Of a DNA stretch of 64,000 nt, positions 22,055-32,667 are shown in pieces. Position 1 is the stretch's first letter; each line of letters begins with the position of its first letter. The position numbers and the translations under genes are program-made. The notes beneath the pieces are model-generated. The model saw only the letters and a list, made by a program, of their open reading frames with translations, ran no database searches and was not told where the DNA came from. The DNA is from an uncultured Gammaproteobacteria bacterium (GTDB lineage Bacteria; Patescibacteriota; Patescibacteriia; VMEV01; CAZAJQ01), in contig CAZAJQ010000006.1 in the NCBI GenBank assembly GCA_964485795.1, positions 9,716-73,715 on the forward strand. The letters are read 5' to 3'.

Positions 22055-22543
22055 TTACTCTTTCAGTGCTTCATCGATGATTTTTTGATCGGTTTTTGAA
22101 TCCAATTTTTGAGCAAGAATCTTCTGCGTCGCGGAAATGACCAAATCTTTGATCTCGGATTTCACTTCAAAAAACATCTTTTCCTTTTCCTCAGCGATAA
22201 GTTGCTTGGCGCGCAGGATGACAGCCTCGGATTCTTTTTTGGTCGCCGCCAAAATTTCGACTTTGTGCTGCTCGGCTTGCTTTTTAGCGAGCATAAGAGT
22301 TTCATTGGCCTGTTTTTTTGCTTCGAGCAGAATACTTTTTCGATCCTTTTCCGAAGATGCGAGCATGGTTTCGATTTTTTGTGATTCATGGATGCTTTTT
22401 TCCACCATGCGCTGTCGTTCATCCAAAAGCTTCAAAAGCGGTTTATACAAGAAGCGATACAGCACCACAAGCAATACGACAAAATTGATGATTTGCGCCA
22501 GTATGAGTCGTATGTCAATTCCCAGTTTTGAGAGAAGTTCCAT
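22055..22543 (-). CDS. atpF: ATP synthase Fo b
   Basis: AQIINFVVLLVVLYRFLYKPL...ER followed by a coiled coil. Confidence 0.96.
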   Translation of the reverse strand: MELLSKLGIDIRLILAQIINFVVLLVVLYRFLYKPLLKLLDERQRMVEKSIHESQKIETMLASSEKDRKSILLEAKKQANETLMLAKKQAEQHKVEILAATKKESEAVILRAKQLIAEEKEKMFFEVKSEIKDLVISATQKILAQKLDSKTDQKIIDEALKE

Positions 22544-22606
22544 AGATGAATATATTGCGAATCAGCATGAAATTCATGCCGTTTTACAAACTTCGAACGG
22601 CCAAGA

Positions 22607-22903
<297 letters not shown>

Positions 22904-22997
22904 TTAATGATAATGAATTTATTAATTATGCAAGAATTTTTTTCTGATCCCATTTTTTCAAAACGGGTGTCTGTTACGCTCCCCATGGCATCTCCCA

Positions 22998-23729
22998 TCA
23001 ATGCGATTCGGCACTGGCGATGGTCATAAACACCAATGTCAGCATCGAAAAAACGAGCGCTTGCACGAACCCAACAAAAATCTCCAGCATCAGAAAAGGC
23101 AGTGGAATAAACCAAGGCACCAAAAACAACACCACCGTCAAAAGCACTTCTCCGGCAAAAATATTCCCAAAAAGCCGGAATGAAAATGAAACCACGCGCG
23201 ATACTTCGGACAATATTTCAAGAATGCCCACAAAGAAAAATACCGGTCCGTTCGTCAGATTAATGAACTTGGAAAAATATCGAAAAAAACCAATCGCAAG
23301 GATTCCAAATATCTGTATGGACATCACGGCCGATATCGCCAACGCTATAGTGAAATTCAGATCCGCTGACATGGAGCGCAAAAATGGCGTCAGTGCCCCA
23401 TCTTCCTCCCGAATCCCGATCGTTCCCAAGCCCGGGATAACTTCGATCCAATTGGAAAGAATGACAAAGATGAAAATGGTCATCACCACGGGGAAAAATT
23501 TCCGAGCCAGCAGCTTGTCTTGCGTCACACTTTCGATGACATGCAGAGCGCCCTCCATCATCAGCTCCAAAAATCCCTGCAATTTCCCTGGAATCTTGCG
23601 AATATTTTGCGAAAAAAGATAGGCAAGCACCACCAAGGCGATCACCAAAAGCCAGCTTAACACGGTGGTATTGGTGATCATGAAGGATCCAATGGTAAAC
23701 AGTGTTTCCGCGGCCAATGATATATGCAT
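22998..23729 (-). CDS. atpB: ATP synthase Fo a
   Basis: SFSFRLFGNIFAGE, LEIFVGFVQALVFSML. Confidence 0.97.
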   Translation of the reverse strand: MHISLAAETLFTIGSFMITNTTVLSWLLVIALVVLAYLFSQNIRKIPGKLQGFLELMMEGALHVIESVTQDKLLARKFFPVVMTIFIFVILSNWIEVIPGLGTIGIREEDGALTPFLRSMSADLNFTIALAISAVMSIQIFGILAIGFFRYFSKFINLTNGPVFFFVGILEILSEVSRVVSFSFRLFGNIFAGEVLLTVVLFLVPWFIPLPFLMLEIFVGFVQALVFSMLTLVFMTIASAESH

Positions 23730-23734
23730 ACACC

Positions 23735-23968
23735 CTATTGTGATTTCTTTTCTTCATCGTTCAATGATTGCGCAAGTTTTGGCATTTGCAAAAGTATCAA
23801 AGTCATAGAAACCATCAAAGCGATCACCAATGATATGATAAACAAAAAAGGACTTGACCCCAAATATTGATCAATGAAGCGTGCCGGAATGACAATGATC
23901 ACCAACGGTACGATAATATAAAGCGCCAATCTGAGACAAATTTCAATGACTTTTCTTTTCACATCCAT
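23735..23968 (-). CDS. AtpZ/AtpI family 2-TM protein
   Basis: First gene of the atp operon; FIDQYLGSSPFLF between two TM helices. Confidence 0.75.
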   Translation of the reverse strand: MDVKRKVIEICLRLALYIIVPLVIIVIPARFIDQYLGSSPFLFIISLVIALMVSMTLILLQMPKLAQSLNDEEKKSQ

Positions 23969-24108
23969 ACCCAATGAATTTGAATTTTATCCGAACCAAT
24001 GGCCTCTTCATCTTCCAGAGAAAATGAGGTTTGAAAAATACTTCGTATATCATTCGCAAAAAGCATTATGCTCCATTTGCACCCTATGGCTGCATGGTAT
24101 GGGAGTGA

Positions 24109-24137
24109 ATTATACGGTCGAAAAGCGAGTCGGTCAA
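24109..24137 (-). promoter_or_regulatory. Sigma70 promoter of the atp operon
   Basis: TTGACC, 17 bp, TATAAT on the minus strand. Confidence 0.7.
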
Positions 24138-24159
24138 GGGTTTTTTGTTTATACACTCA

Positions 24160-25296
24160 TTAATTCAACCCTCCTGAGGTGTTATCGCGAAAATGATGCA
24201 GATCCTCGCCGGACATGTCAGAAATCTGTTTCCAGAGTTTTTTCTCTTCCGCCGTTGTTTTTTTTGGAATCGCAAGGCCGATCTCAACATGATGATCCCC
24301 CCTTCCGCGACCGTGCAATCGGGCGATACCCAGCCCTCGCAGTCGAAAAGTAGCGCCGCTTTGAGTGCCTGCGGGTATTTTGATCATCACATTGCCTTCG
24401 ATGGTTTTCACTTCCGCCTTTCCGCCCAAAACAGCCAAGGTCGGACTGATATGAAGCTTGGTATGCACATCCTGTTCTTTTCGAAAAAAATACGGATCCG
24501 TTTTGACGGAAATATGGATATACACGTCTCCCGGTATTCCCCCTTTTTTTGCCGCATCTCCTTCCGCTGACAATCTCAAGGTCTGACCGTTCTCAATGCC
24601 TGCAGGAATTTTCACTTTCAAAGTCACATTGCTTCGATTGATTCCTTTACCCCCGCAAAGCGTGCATTTTTTTGCATAGATTTTTCCCGTCCCCTCACAC
24701 GGTTCACAAGGAACCAAAGTCGCAAAATTCCCGAAAAAAGTTTGACGGGACGTGCGCCGTTGCCCGCTTCCATGACATTCTCCGCAGTCGGAAGGAGCCG
24801 TGCCGGCCTGCCCTCCCGATCCGTGACATTCCGTGCAGGTCACATCCTTTACAAAGCTGATCTCTTTTTGGGTACCCAGTGCCGATTCCAAAAACGTAAT
24901 CTGAATTTTCATCTCACGGTCTCGTCCCTTGTATGTTTTCTTGGATCGCGTCTGTGCACGGGTACCGCCGAAAAAATCGTCGAAAATATCACCGAAATTC
25001 CCAAAATCAAAATGCGCGCTATTGGACGTTTCGCCCCCTTGTCTCATGAAATCTTCCCATGAAAATCCGGCACCGCCGTTTCCCGATTGCCGGTATGCGG
25101 AATGTCCCAGCTGATCATACTGATTTCGCTTCTCTGGATCGGAAAGCACTTGATACGCTTCGTTGATCTCTTTGAATTTCGCGGCATTACCTCCGGGTTT
25201 ATCGGGATGATGCTTGGCCGCCAATTTTCGAAACGCCTTTTTGATATCTTCGGGCGAAGCGTTCTTTGAAATTCCGAGCAATGAATAATAGTCCAT
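24160..25296 (-). CDS. dnaJ: Chaperone DnaJ
   Basis: J domain with HPD, G/F region, four CxxCxGxG repeats. Confidence 0.97.
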   Translation of the reverse strand: MDYYSLLGISKNASPEDIKKAFRKLAAKHHPDKPGGNAAKFKEINEAYQVLSDPEKRNQYDQLGHSAYRQSGNGGAGFSWEDFMRQGGETSNSAHFDFGNFGDIFDDFFGGTRAQTRSKKTYKGRDREMKIQITFLESALGTQKEISFVKDVTCTECHGSGGQAGTAPSDCGECHGSGQRRTSRQTFFGNFATLVPCEPCEGTGKIYAKKCTLCGGKGINRSNVTLKVKIPAGIENGQTLRLSAEGDAAKKGGIPGDVYIHISVKTDPYFFRKEQDVHTKLHISPTLAVLGGKAEVKTIEGNVMIKIPAGTQSGATFRLRGLGIARLHGRGRGDHHVEIGLAIPKKTTAEEKKLWKQISDMSGEDLHHFRDNTSGGLN

Positions 25297-25303
25297 GGTA
25301 CGT

Positions 25304-25332
25304 CAAAGAGGGAAAAACGTTTCCCCCCTTTG
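25304..25332 (-). terminator. Hairpin between dnaK and dnaJ
   Basis: CAAAGAGGGAA...TTCCCCCCTTTG imperfect stem, weak U tail. Confidence 0.45.
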
Positions 25333-25346
25333 TTTATGATTGAAAC

Positions 25347-27227
25347 TTATTTTTTTTCAAATTCGGCGTCGGTCGCGGAATCCTTGTCCTTTTTCGAATC
25401 CTCTTCCGATGGAGGAGTTTGTGCAGACGGATTCTGATACAGGGATGCTCCCACCTTTTGCACGAGATCCGTCAGTTCATTGCTGGCTTTTTTGATGGCC
25501 TCGGCATCCTGACCGTCTTTCACGCCTTTGAGTTCTGCCATTTTTTCTTCGATTGATTTTTTGTCACTGTCTGAAATTTTTCCTTCCATGTCCTTGAGCA
25601 TTTTTTCCGTCGTATACATCATCGTTTCCGCGGTATTCTTGAGTTCAACCGCTTCGCGTTTTTTCTTGTCTTCTGCTTCGAATTTTTCGGCTTCCTTTCT
25701 CATGCGTTCGACCTCATCTTTGGAAAGTCCGGTGGACGCCTGAATCGTGATTTTCTGCTCCTTGTTTGTCCCCTTATCTTTGGCCGAAACATTGAGAATG
25801 CCGTTCGCATCGATGTCAAAAGTCACTTCGACCTGAGGAATTCCGCGAGGCGCCGGCGGAATTCCGGATAAAACGAATCGCCCCAAAGACTTGTTGTCGA
25901 GAGCCATCTGCCTTTCACCCTGCAATACATGGATCTCAACGCTGGTTTGGCTGTCGGCAGCCGTGGAAAACACCTGCGATTTTGACGTCGGTATCGTGGT
26001 ATTGCGTTCGATAAGTTTGGTCATCACGCCTCCGAGAGTTTCGATTCCCAGAGAGAGCGGAGTCACGTCGAGAAGAAGCACGTCGCGCACCTCACCCTTC
26101 ATCACGCCTCCCTGCACGGCCGCGCCAACGGCCACGACTTCATCGGGATTCACGGATATGTTTGGCTTTTTCCCAAAAAACTTTTCAACGGTTTTGAGCA
26201 CCAGCGGCATACGCGTTTGCCCTCCGACCATCACGACTTCGTCAATTTCCGACATTTTGAGGCCAGAATCATCGATGGCTTTTTTACAAGGTTCCAAAGT
26301 TCTTTGCACCAGATTATAGACCAATTCCTCGAGCTTGGCCCTCGTAAGCTTCATGACCAGATGCTTGGGGCCGCTCGCGTCCGAAGTGATGAACGGCTGA
26401 TTGATTTCGGTTTCTTGAGACGTGGAAAGCTCGATTTTCGCTTTTTCAGCGGATTCCTTGAGTCTTTGCAATGCGAGTTCATCCTTCGCAAGATCGATGC
26501 CATGATCTTTTTTATATTCCGAAAGCATCCAGTCGATGATCGTCTTGTCAAAATCATCTCCGCCCAAATGCGTGTCGCCGTTCGTTGCTTTGACCTCCAC
26601 CACATCATCCCCGATTTCAAGAACGGATACGTCAAACGTACCGCCGCCAAGATCATAGATGATGATTTTTTGTCCCTTTTTCTTATCAAAACCGTACGCC
26701 AAAGCCGCGGCCGTGGGTTCATTGATGATGCGCAGCACATCGAGACCCGCGATTTTCCCCGCGTCCTTGGTTGCCTGACGCTGTGAATCGTTGAAATATG
26801 CGGGAACCGTGATGATCGCCTCCGTGATTTTTTCTCCGATTTTTTCCTCTGCGTCGGTTTTGAGCTTTTGTAAAACCATGGCGGAAATTTCTTGCGGCGA
26901 ATATTCCTTGCCACCCAAGGCCACCATGACTCCTTCTCCTGATTTCACAATGCCGTAAGAAACCATTTTCATGTGTTGCTGCACTTCTTTATCCTCAAAA
27001 CGCCGCCCGATAAGACGCTTAATGGAAAAAAGCGTATTTTTCGGATTCGTCACGGCCTGACGCTTCGCAAGCAACCCCACCAGTCGCTCCCCGCTTTTTG
27101 CGATGGCGACGATGGACGGCGTCGTGCGATTGCCTTCTTTGTTCTCAATGATTTTCGGTTCTCCGCCCTCGATGATGGCCATGGCGGAATTCGTCGTACC
27201 CAAATCGATACCAAGTATTTTCCCCAT
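25347..27227 (-). CDS. dnaK: Chaperone DnaK
   Basis: [34 protein letters not shown]. Confidence 0.99.
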   Translation of the reverse strand: MGKILGIDLGTTNSAMAIIEGGEPKIIENKEGNRTTPSIVAIAKSGERLVGLLAKRQAVTNPKNTLFSIKRLIGRRFEDKEVQQHMKMVSYGIVKSGEGVMVALGGKEYSPQEISAMVLQKLKTDAEEKIGEKITEAIITVPAYFNDSQRQATKDAGKIAGLDVLRIINEPTAAALAYGFDKKKGQKIIIYDLGGGTFDVSVLEIGDDVVEVKATNGDTHLGGDDFDKTIIDWMLSEYKKDHGIDLAKDELALQRLKESAEKAKIELSTSQETEINQPFITSDASGPKHLVMKLTRAKLEELVYNLVQRTLEPCKKAIDDSGLKMSEIDEVVMVGGQTRMPLVLKTVEKFFGKKPNISVNPDEVVAVGAAVQGGVMKGEVRDVLLLDVTPLSLGIETLGGVMTKLIERNTTIPTSKSQVFSTAADSQTSVEIHVLQGERQMALDNKSLGRFVLSGIPPAPRGIPQVEVTFDIDANGILNVSAKDKGTNKEQKITIQASTGLSKDEVERMRKEAEKFEAEDKKKREAVELKNTAETMMYTTEKMLKDMEGKISDSDKKSIEEKMAELKGVKDGQDAEAIKKASNELTDLVQKVGASLYQNPSAQTPPSEEDSKKDKDSATDAEFEKK

Positions 27228-27300
27228 AGAATGATAAGTGAAAACATTTTCTCAGTGCAGAAAATGTCATCACAGGTAAAGTTATATTGCAAAAAAACAC

Positions 27301-27870
27301 TCAAGCAAAAATGATCACTTTGGCAGGAGAAAGAACTTTTCCGTGCAATGTGTATCCGGCTTCCAGAACTTCAAGTATGGTGCCCGATTTCCCTTCAGCG
27401 GATTCTTTTTTTATCGCTTCATGCTTGACAGGGTCAAAATTTTCACCTTTTTTAACCTCTATCTGGAGAATGCCATTTCGCGACAAAACATCCGCGAAAA
27501 GTTTTTTGATATGGATAATCCCCACCACCCACGGCTCTTGCAATTGATCGAAAGGAATGTAAGCAGTCGCCTTTTCATAATGAATCAACACCGGAAGCAT
27601 ACTTCGCAAAAGCTCTTCATTGAAAAATTGCACGGTATCCTTTCTTTCCATTTCAATTTGCCTCTTAAAATTCGCAAAATCAGCCTGTACGCGTTGCCAG
27701 CCGGCCAAATACTCGTCTCGCTCGCGATGACATTTTTCCGCTTCAGATTCGGTGCTTTTCATTTCCGCTTGATCAGCCGTCAATCCTTGAAACTTTTTGC
27801 TTTCGGTCTCAGACGGCTCGGCGCTCTCCGGTATTGTATTGTCTTTGGTCTGGTCGTTTGATTCCTGCAT
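27301..27870 (-). CDS. grpE: Nucleotide exchange factor GrpE
   Basis: RVQADFANFKR, FDPVKHEA, GYTLHGKVLSPAKV. Confidence 0.95.
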   Translation of the reverse strand: MQESNDQTKDNTIPESAEPSETESKKFQGLTADQAEMKSTESEAEKCHRERDEYLAGWQRVQADFANFKRQIEMERKDTVQFFNEELLRSMLPVLIHYEKATAYIPFDQLQEPWVVGIIHIKKLFADVLSRNGILQIEVKKGENFDPVKHEAIKKESAEGKSGTILEVLEAGYTLHGKVLSPAKVIIFA

Positions 27871-27903
27871 AAGTATCAAAAATATTTACACTCACCCGTA
27901 ACA

Positions 27904-28488
27904 TTACGATGAACGATTTTTCATGGAAATATCGTACACGATGCTTTCGATTTTTCGCAGATTTCTTTTCGCATCGTCGTATTTGGTACGCAATTTTCCC
28001 GTCATGTCAAAGTGTATCAGCTCCCCCAGAATATCGGTCAATACCTTCTGAATATGCAGCACTTTGTCAAAACGTCCCGCCGTAGCTTCAAGAATCGCCC
28101 TTCTTACCATCTCCCCCGTCATATCGCAAATACCGCCGAGATAATCATCGGCATCGGCTGAAAGATTTTTCAGCTCCGCAATATCTTCTCCGTTGTCAAC
28201 GTCATAGAAAAAACGCGCTTCGATGTATTCTTCCACGGCGGCTCGATATGCCCCGCAATCCATCAATGTCAATGAATCGCTTCCATACTTTTTTTGAACA
28301 TCGGAAAGAGTTTTTTCGCTGCTGATCAAAAGTTTCTTCGCCGAAACACGATCATTGCGCTGCAAAGCGAAAATGCTCTTTTTGGCGTTTCGCAAGGCGT
28401 CGCCGCTTTTTTCGATGATAACCTGCCTCTCCAGCTGTTTTACGGAATGTTCGTCCTTGAGATTTTTGAAAAATCGACTATGTATCAT
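27904..28488 (-). CDS. Translin/TRAX (C3PO-like) family protein, putative RNase
   Basis: AAVEEYIEA (QEYxEA-like), YLGGICDMTGEMVR (YLxGLxDLxGELxR), LRTKYD..KRNLRKIE..VYD. Confidence 0.85.
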   Translation of the reverse strand: MIHSRFFKNLKDEHSVKQLERQVIIEKSGDALRNAKKSIFALQRNDRVSAKKLLISSEKTLSDVQKKYGSDSLTLMDCGAYRAAVEEYIEARFFYDVDNGEDIAELKNLSADADDYLGGICDMTGEMVRRAILEATAGRFDKVLHIQKVLTDILGELIHFDMTGKLRTKYDDAKRNLRKIESIVYDISMKNRSS

Positions 28489-29185
28489 ACGAAAAATGAG
28501 AAGAATAAAACCGTTGCCAATAATTGAGATACTCCATATTCCGAGAATACTCCATGCGCATGGAACCGAGAATACCGATCAACCCTTCTTTTTCGTCATC
28601 TCGATATTTCTTCAGCAAAGCCGCCCCATCGGCATAAAATGGATTTTCCGAACCGAGCAACAGGACCGTCTCTCGATCAATCGTATCAAAAATCCTCCCA
28701 ACATACGTCTCGATTTCATCAACCATGATTGACACCGAAGAGATAAAATCTCTATTGTTCGCTTCGGGCTGCAAAAAAAGATAAGAAATCCCCGTACAGT
28801 AAATATCGTTTTTATCAAAGGCGATCATGACCATCTGACGACTCATGGTCGAGAGACATTTCGCGGAGTTTTTCAAAACCGCACGTTTTTCATCACGTTC
28901 GAAAACTTCATTCAAGGTGTTTTTTTCATCATCAGGTATATCCGCTCCTGTCATGCAATGCTCCACATAATATCGATATCCGATTTCCGTGGGAATACGC
29001 CCGGCCGAAGTGTAGGGAGCCCTGATAAAACCCGAATGTGTGAGCTCCGCCATTTCATTGCGAACCGTAGCCGCACTGATATGCAGATGATCCGCTAAAA
29101 CTTGAGATGATACGGGTTCGGCCGTATGAATATACTGATCGATGAGCAACTGAAGAAGCTGCTGTTGTCGATGACTGACATACAT
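28478..29185 (-). CDS. hrcA: Heat-inducible repressor HrcA (short form)
   Basis: YIHTAEPVSS, SAATVRNEMAEL, TSAGRIPTEIGYRYYV, GILGSMRMEY. Confidence 0.93.
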   Translation of the reverse strand: MYVSHRQQQLLQLLIDQYIHTAEPVSSQVLADHLHISAATVRNEMAELTHSGFIRAPYTSAGRIPTEIGYRYYVEHCMTGADIPDDEKNTLNEVFERDEKRAVLKNSAKCLSTMSRQMVMIAFDKNDIYCTGISYLFLQPEANNRDFISSVSIMVDEIETYVGRIFDTIDRETVLLLGSENPFYADGAALLKKYRDDEKEGLIGILGSMRMEYSRNMEYLNYWQRFYSSHFSYDT

Positions 29186-29186
29186 A

Positions 29187-29213
29187 TTAGCACTCTCATG
29201 CCTTACCTGCTAA
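29187..29213 (-). promoter_or_regulatory. CIRCE element (one degenerate arm)
   Basis: Plus strand TTAGCACTC-N9-ACCTGCTAA vs consensus TTAGCACTC-N9-GAGTGCTAA; 1 bp from the hrcA ATG. Confidence 0.85.
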
Positions 29214-29215
29214 GT

Positions 29216-29244
29216 ATTCTAAAAATATTTTTTTTCTTTGTCAA
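29216..29244 (-). promoter_or_regulatory. Sigma70 promoter of the hrcA operon
   Basis: TTGACA, 17 bp, TAGAAT; predicted start site falls inside CIRCE. Confidence 0.75.
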
Positions 29245-29248
29245 TATC

Positions 29249-29269
29249 AAAAAACCGCTGAGAGCGGCC
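29249..29269 (-). terminator. tRNA-Glu terminator
   Basis: Minus strand CCGCT-CTC-AGCGG-TTTTTT. Confidence 0.6.
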
Positions 29270-29272
29270 TTA

Positions 29273-29344
29273 TACCCCTACGGGGAATTGAACCCCGGTT
29301 TCCAGGTTGAGAACCTAGCGTCCTAACCACTAGACGATAAGGGC
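29273..29344 (-). tRNA. tRNA-Glu(CTC), CCA not encoded
   Basis: Acceptor GCCCTTA/TAGGGGT, anticodon arm CTAGG-TTCTCAA-CCTGG, T arm CGGGG-TTCAATT-CCCCG. Confidence 0.92.
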
Positions 29345-29379
29345 ATGTAAAAAGGGATATTCCTCTCAGCATGGCACCT

Positions 29380-30624
29380 TTAGGGGTTCTCTTGGCGTAC
29401 CAAAAGTCCGGTGGCTTTGAGCGGCTCGGCCATAATCTCTTTGACAATGCGTTCCATTCTCATATTCGCCCCCCCCACAACCAGCACCAAATCACCCTTC
29501 TCCAGCCGATTTTGCAAGAATTTTGCCGCTTCGTCAACAAAGGCGAAGAAATATGCACGATCCTCGGGCATTCCCGCTTTCCTCGCTCCGCGCAAAACGT
29601 CGCGCGCTCGTTCGCCGATGCAAAGCAGATAACTCGTTTTTGAATCCACTATCATGGCGCCAATTTTGGCATGCAGGGATTCGGATTCAGCCCCAAGACC
29701 GGGAATATCTCCGATGACGACAAACTTTTCCCGAGGCAAATCGATATTCACTTCCGAGAACTGTTCGATGGCAAGCGCAACGCTGTCAAAACTCGCATCT
29801 TCGGAATCGTCAATGATCATGCTGTGCTTAATCCCCGCAAGGAGATGGAGATTCCCCGCCGGGATGACATAGCCATGAAGCGATTCCACGATCGTGAGAA
29901 GAGGAATCTTGTACATGATTCCCACGGCAGCCGCGATCAATGCCGCCATCACATGCGAGGTCCCAAACGCTCCCTCGATCGAAAGCGGGATTTTATTTCC
30001 GGCGTATTGGAGCTTACACATCATACCGACGATGGAGCTGAATTCATCATCGGGATTCATGGTTGTTTTGACATGAATATCCGATGCTCTCAGAATCGCT
30101 TTTTCATGCAAACCGATGCTTATGACAAACGCCTTGGTGAATTTTCGAAGCTGAAAACTGCCCTCGTCATCCGCACTCACTATCAAAGCCTCGTTCTTTC
30201 CCATTTTGGAAAGCAACGTCTGCACTTCGCTTTTTTGAGTTTCATAGGAAATGCGCGTTATGGCTACAACACGGGGGATTCCGAATTGCAGAAAAAATTC
30301 GGCGTCACCCATCATCGAACATTTCATATCGCAAACAATGGTTTTCGGATACTGCTCTTCGCGCGTCATGAGGAGTTTCAATGCGGTGAGTATGACGCTC
30401 ACATGCATTTTCTTTCCGATGTACGTTCGGTTGCAGAGAGAATACAAAAAAGCAATGCGATCATTGCCCGTCTTCGGGCAATGTTTGAATTTCGTGGCTT
30501 TTCCTATCACGGATTCAATGGCGTTAAAGGCCGTATCCGAACGATAATCCCCGACCACAAATATCATGGTCGAGTGATATTTCTGAGAAATTTTCTTTGC
30601 AAGAAAAACAAGTAATGAATACAT
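29380..30624 (-). CDS. MurF-like Mur ligase with degenerate catalytic motifs
   Basis: MurF-like C-terminus (IIDDS.AS, VIGDIPGLG..S..LH, GDLVLV) in a dcw-type operon; P-loop reads VVGDYRSDT. Confidence 0.75.
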   Translation of the reverse strand: MYSLLVFLAKKISQKYHSTMIFVVGDYRSDTAFNAIESVIGKATKFKHCPKTGNDRIAFLYSLCNRTYIGKKMHVSVILTALKLLMTREEQYPKTIVCDMKCSMMGDAEFFLQFGIPRVVAITRISYETQKSEVQTLLSKMGKNEALIVSADDEGSFQLRKFTKAFVISIGLHEKAILRASDIHVKTTMNPDDEFSSIVGMMCKLQYAGNKIPLSIEGAFGTSHVMAALIAAAVGIMYKIPLLTIVESLHGYVIPAGNLHLLAGIKHSMIIDDSEDASFDSVALAIEQFSEVNIDLPREKFVVIGDIPGLGAESESLHAKIGAMIVDSKTSYLLCIGERARDVLRGARKAGMPEDRAYFFAFVDEAAKFLQNRLEKGDLVLVVGGANMRMERIVKEIMAEPLKATGLLVRQENP

Positions 30625-30635
30625 AAAAAGGGTTC

Positions 30636-30740
30636 ATCCCCACACCAAATCAGACGGACATTCGTAAGAATGAACAATATATAATTCTCACAAACAATAC
30701 TCATCAATCAAACCATATTGCACTGATTTGGTGTGGGGAT
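30636..30740. repeat. Inverted-repeat element, CCCCACACCAAATCAG family, copy B (PBP-murF-like)
   Basis: ATCCCCACACCAAATCAG (30636-53) / CTGATTTGGTGTGGGGAT (30723-40), 18-bp perfect, 69-bp interior. Confidence 0.9.
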
Positions 30741-30804
30741 AAATACATTATGGCAATAATAGTAAAGCGCGTCAAAAATATTGAGACAACAAAAAAACAC
30801 TCGC

Positions 30805-32550
30805 TCATGGCGAAATCTGAAAATACTGAAGCAAAAATAACGCGATTTCCCGAAAGAGGGGCGTTGCGGTAGATTCGGCAAATGCGCCGTTCTGCGGATT
30901 ATCCAGCTTGGTGATGATCACAAATGCCGGATCATCAACCGGAGCATATCCCACAAACGAGTGAATCGTACCTCCCCGATATTCCCCTCCCGACGCCACC
31001 TGAGCCGTGCCGGTTTTCCCTCCGATATCATAGCCGGCGATGGCCGCGTTTTTCCCGTACCCGTTGTTCACCGCAGCAACCAACATTCCCCCCATCAAGG
31101 TTGACGTTCTCGAAGAAATCACCTTGCGTATCACCTTGGGCTCGATTTTTTTCACGTTTCCGTCCGGATACCTCATTTCGTCCACAATATAAGGTTTCAT
31201 GAGAGTTCCACCATTGGCTATCGCTGAAAACGCGGTTACCATTTGCAGTGGAGTCACGGTGATTCCCTGCCCAAACGATGCCGTGGCTAGATAAACCGGG
31301 CTGTTTTTTTTGTCGAGACTTTTGAGATTTCCGGTTGCCTCATACAGAAGCTCGATTCCTGTGGATTCGCCAAAGCCGAAATTTTCCATGTACTTTTGAA
31401 AAGCGGTAAAACCCAGCTTTTGAGCAACAAAAATCGTTCCAGTATTCAATGACTTTTCCAATACTTGCGTCATGGTTTGAATACCATGGGACAGCTTATC
31501 TGAATTTTGAATATCATACACGTCAATGTGGACTTTTCCCTCGTCTTCATAGGTCGTATCCGGAGTGATGAGATCGGCATCCATGGCAGCGGCTAACGTC
31601 AACGGCTTAAAAATCGATCCCGGTTCATATTCGGAAAACGTCGAGGAATTGTTGTATATTCCCACGTCCGAAACATCCTGATACGAATTGGGATCGAAAT
31701 CCGGCATATTGCACATCGCCAGAATTCGTCCCGTTTTCGGCTCCATCACAATCACGGATCCGGATCGAGCCGCATATGTTTCAAGGGCTTTTTTCAGCTT
31801 TTCGCAAGCCACGAATTGAATGCTTTTATCAAGCGTCAAAACAATATCCACCCCGTCTTTCGCAGGTATAAATTTTTTTTCGGTGAGGGCGATCCATCTC
31901 CCTGCCACGTCTTTTTCCGCAAACAGCTCCCCGGGAGTTCCCGATAATTCAGAGTCAAAATAGCCTTCAATGCCGTAAAATCCTTTTCTCGCATCACCCT
32001 CAAATCCGACAAAGCCCAAAACATGGCTTGCAAGATTTCCATGAACCGAATATCTCCAGTTCTCTTTTTTAAAATATATGCCGTCCATATCCATCTCCTG
32101 AATTCTTCTCACCTGCTCTTCGGAGAGCTTTCTTGCGAGCGGCTCATAGGGATCGTCTTTTTTTGAGAGTATCGGCATAAGCTCCTCTTCTGTCTTGGAA
32201 ATGATTTCCGAAAGCCCCTTCGCGGCAAACGCCGGATCTTTGATGTATTTTGGCGCGGCATATACCATGTCCAAATCCTGATTGGTGACAAGCGGCGTCA
32301 ATTCTCCGCTTTGCGAACGCAAAAAAATTTCCCCTCGTTTGGGGAACAATGTTTTGTAAATCTCATGTTCATGGGAGGCGAGTACGGAGTAGAAACCAAA
32401 ATCCAAAATCTGAATTTTTACGAGTTTTAAAATCACCAAAACATAAAAAAAAATGATCGCCAAGAATAGCATCAACAGACGATCATGCGACCATCTTGAC
32501 CAGATTCCGGACTTCTTGTTTTCATTTGACGGTTGCTGCTTCCAGACCAC
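30805..32550 (-). CDS. Class B penicillin-binding protein (FtsI/PBP2-like)
   Basis: TM + PKRGEI, dimerization domain, EPGSIFK (SxxK), KSLN (SxN), GKTGTAQ. Confidence 0.93.
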   Translation of the reverse strand: MVWKQQPSNENKKSGIWSRWSHDRLLMLFLAIIFFYVLVILKLVKIQILDFGFYSVLASHEHEIYKTLFPKRGEIFLRSQSGELTPLVTNQDLDMVYAAPKYIKDPAFAAKGLSEIISKTEEELMPILSKKDDPYEPLARKLSEEQVRRIQEMDMDGIYFKKENWRYSVHGNLASHVLGFVGFEGDARKGFYGIEGYFDSELSGTPGELFAEKDVAGRWIALTEKKFIPAKDGVDIVLTLDKSIQFVACEKLKKALETYAARSGSVIVMEPKTGRILAMCNMPDFDPNSYQDVSDVGIYNNSSTFSEYEPGSIFKPLTLAAAMDADLITPDTTYEDEGKVHIDVYDIQNSDKLSHGIQTMTQVLEKSLNTGTIFVAQKLGFTAFQKYMENFGFGESTGIELLYEATGNLKSLDKKNSPVYLATASFGQGITVTPLQMVTAFSAIANGGTLMKPYIVDEMRYPDGNVKKIEPKVIRKVISSRTSTLMGGMLVAAVNNGYGKNAAIAGYDIGGKTGTAQVASGGEYRGGTIHSFVGYAPVDDPAFVIITKLDNPQNGAFAESTATPLFREIALFLLQYFQISP

Positions 32551-32558
32551 ATCAATTA

Positions 32559-32664
32559 CCCCTCACACCAAATCAGACGATCATTGATTTGATTATCGAA
32601 TATTATTCTCGCCACTGAATATTGTAAATCTTGCAAATCTGGCTGTCTGATTTGGTGTGAGGGG
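32559..32664. repeat. Inverted-repeat element, CCCCACACCAAATCAG family, copy C (ftsL-PBP), with compensatory change
   Basis: CCCCTCACACCAAATCAGAC (32559-78) / GTCTGATTTGGTGTGAGGGG (32645-64), 20-bp perfect; 70 bp between the TCAG/CTGA cores. Confidence 0.9.
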
Positions 32665-32667
32665 GGA

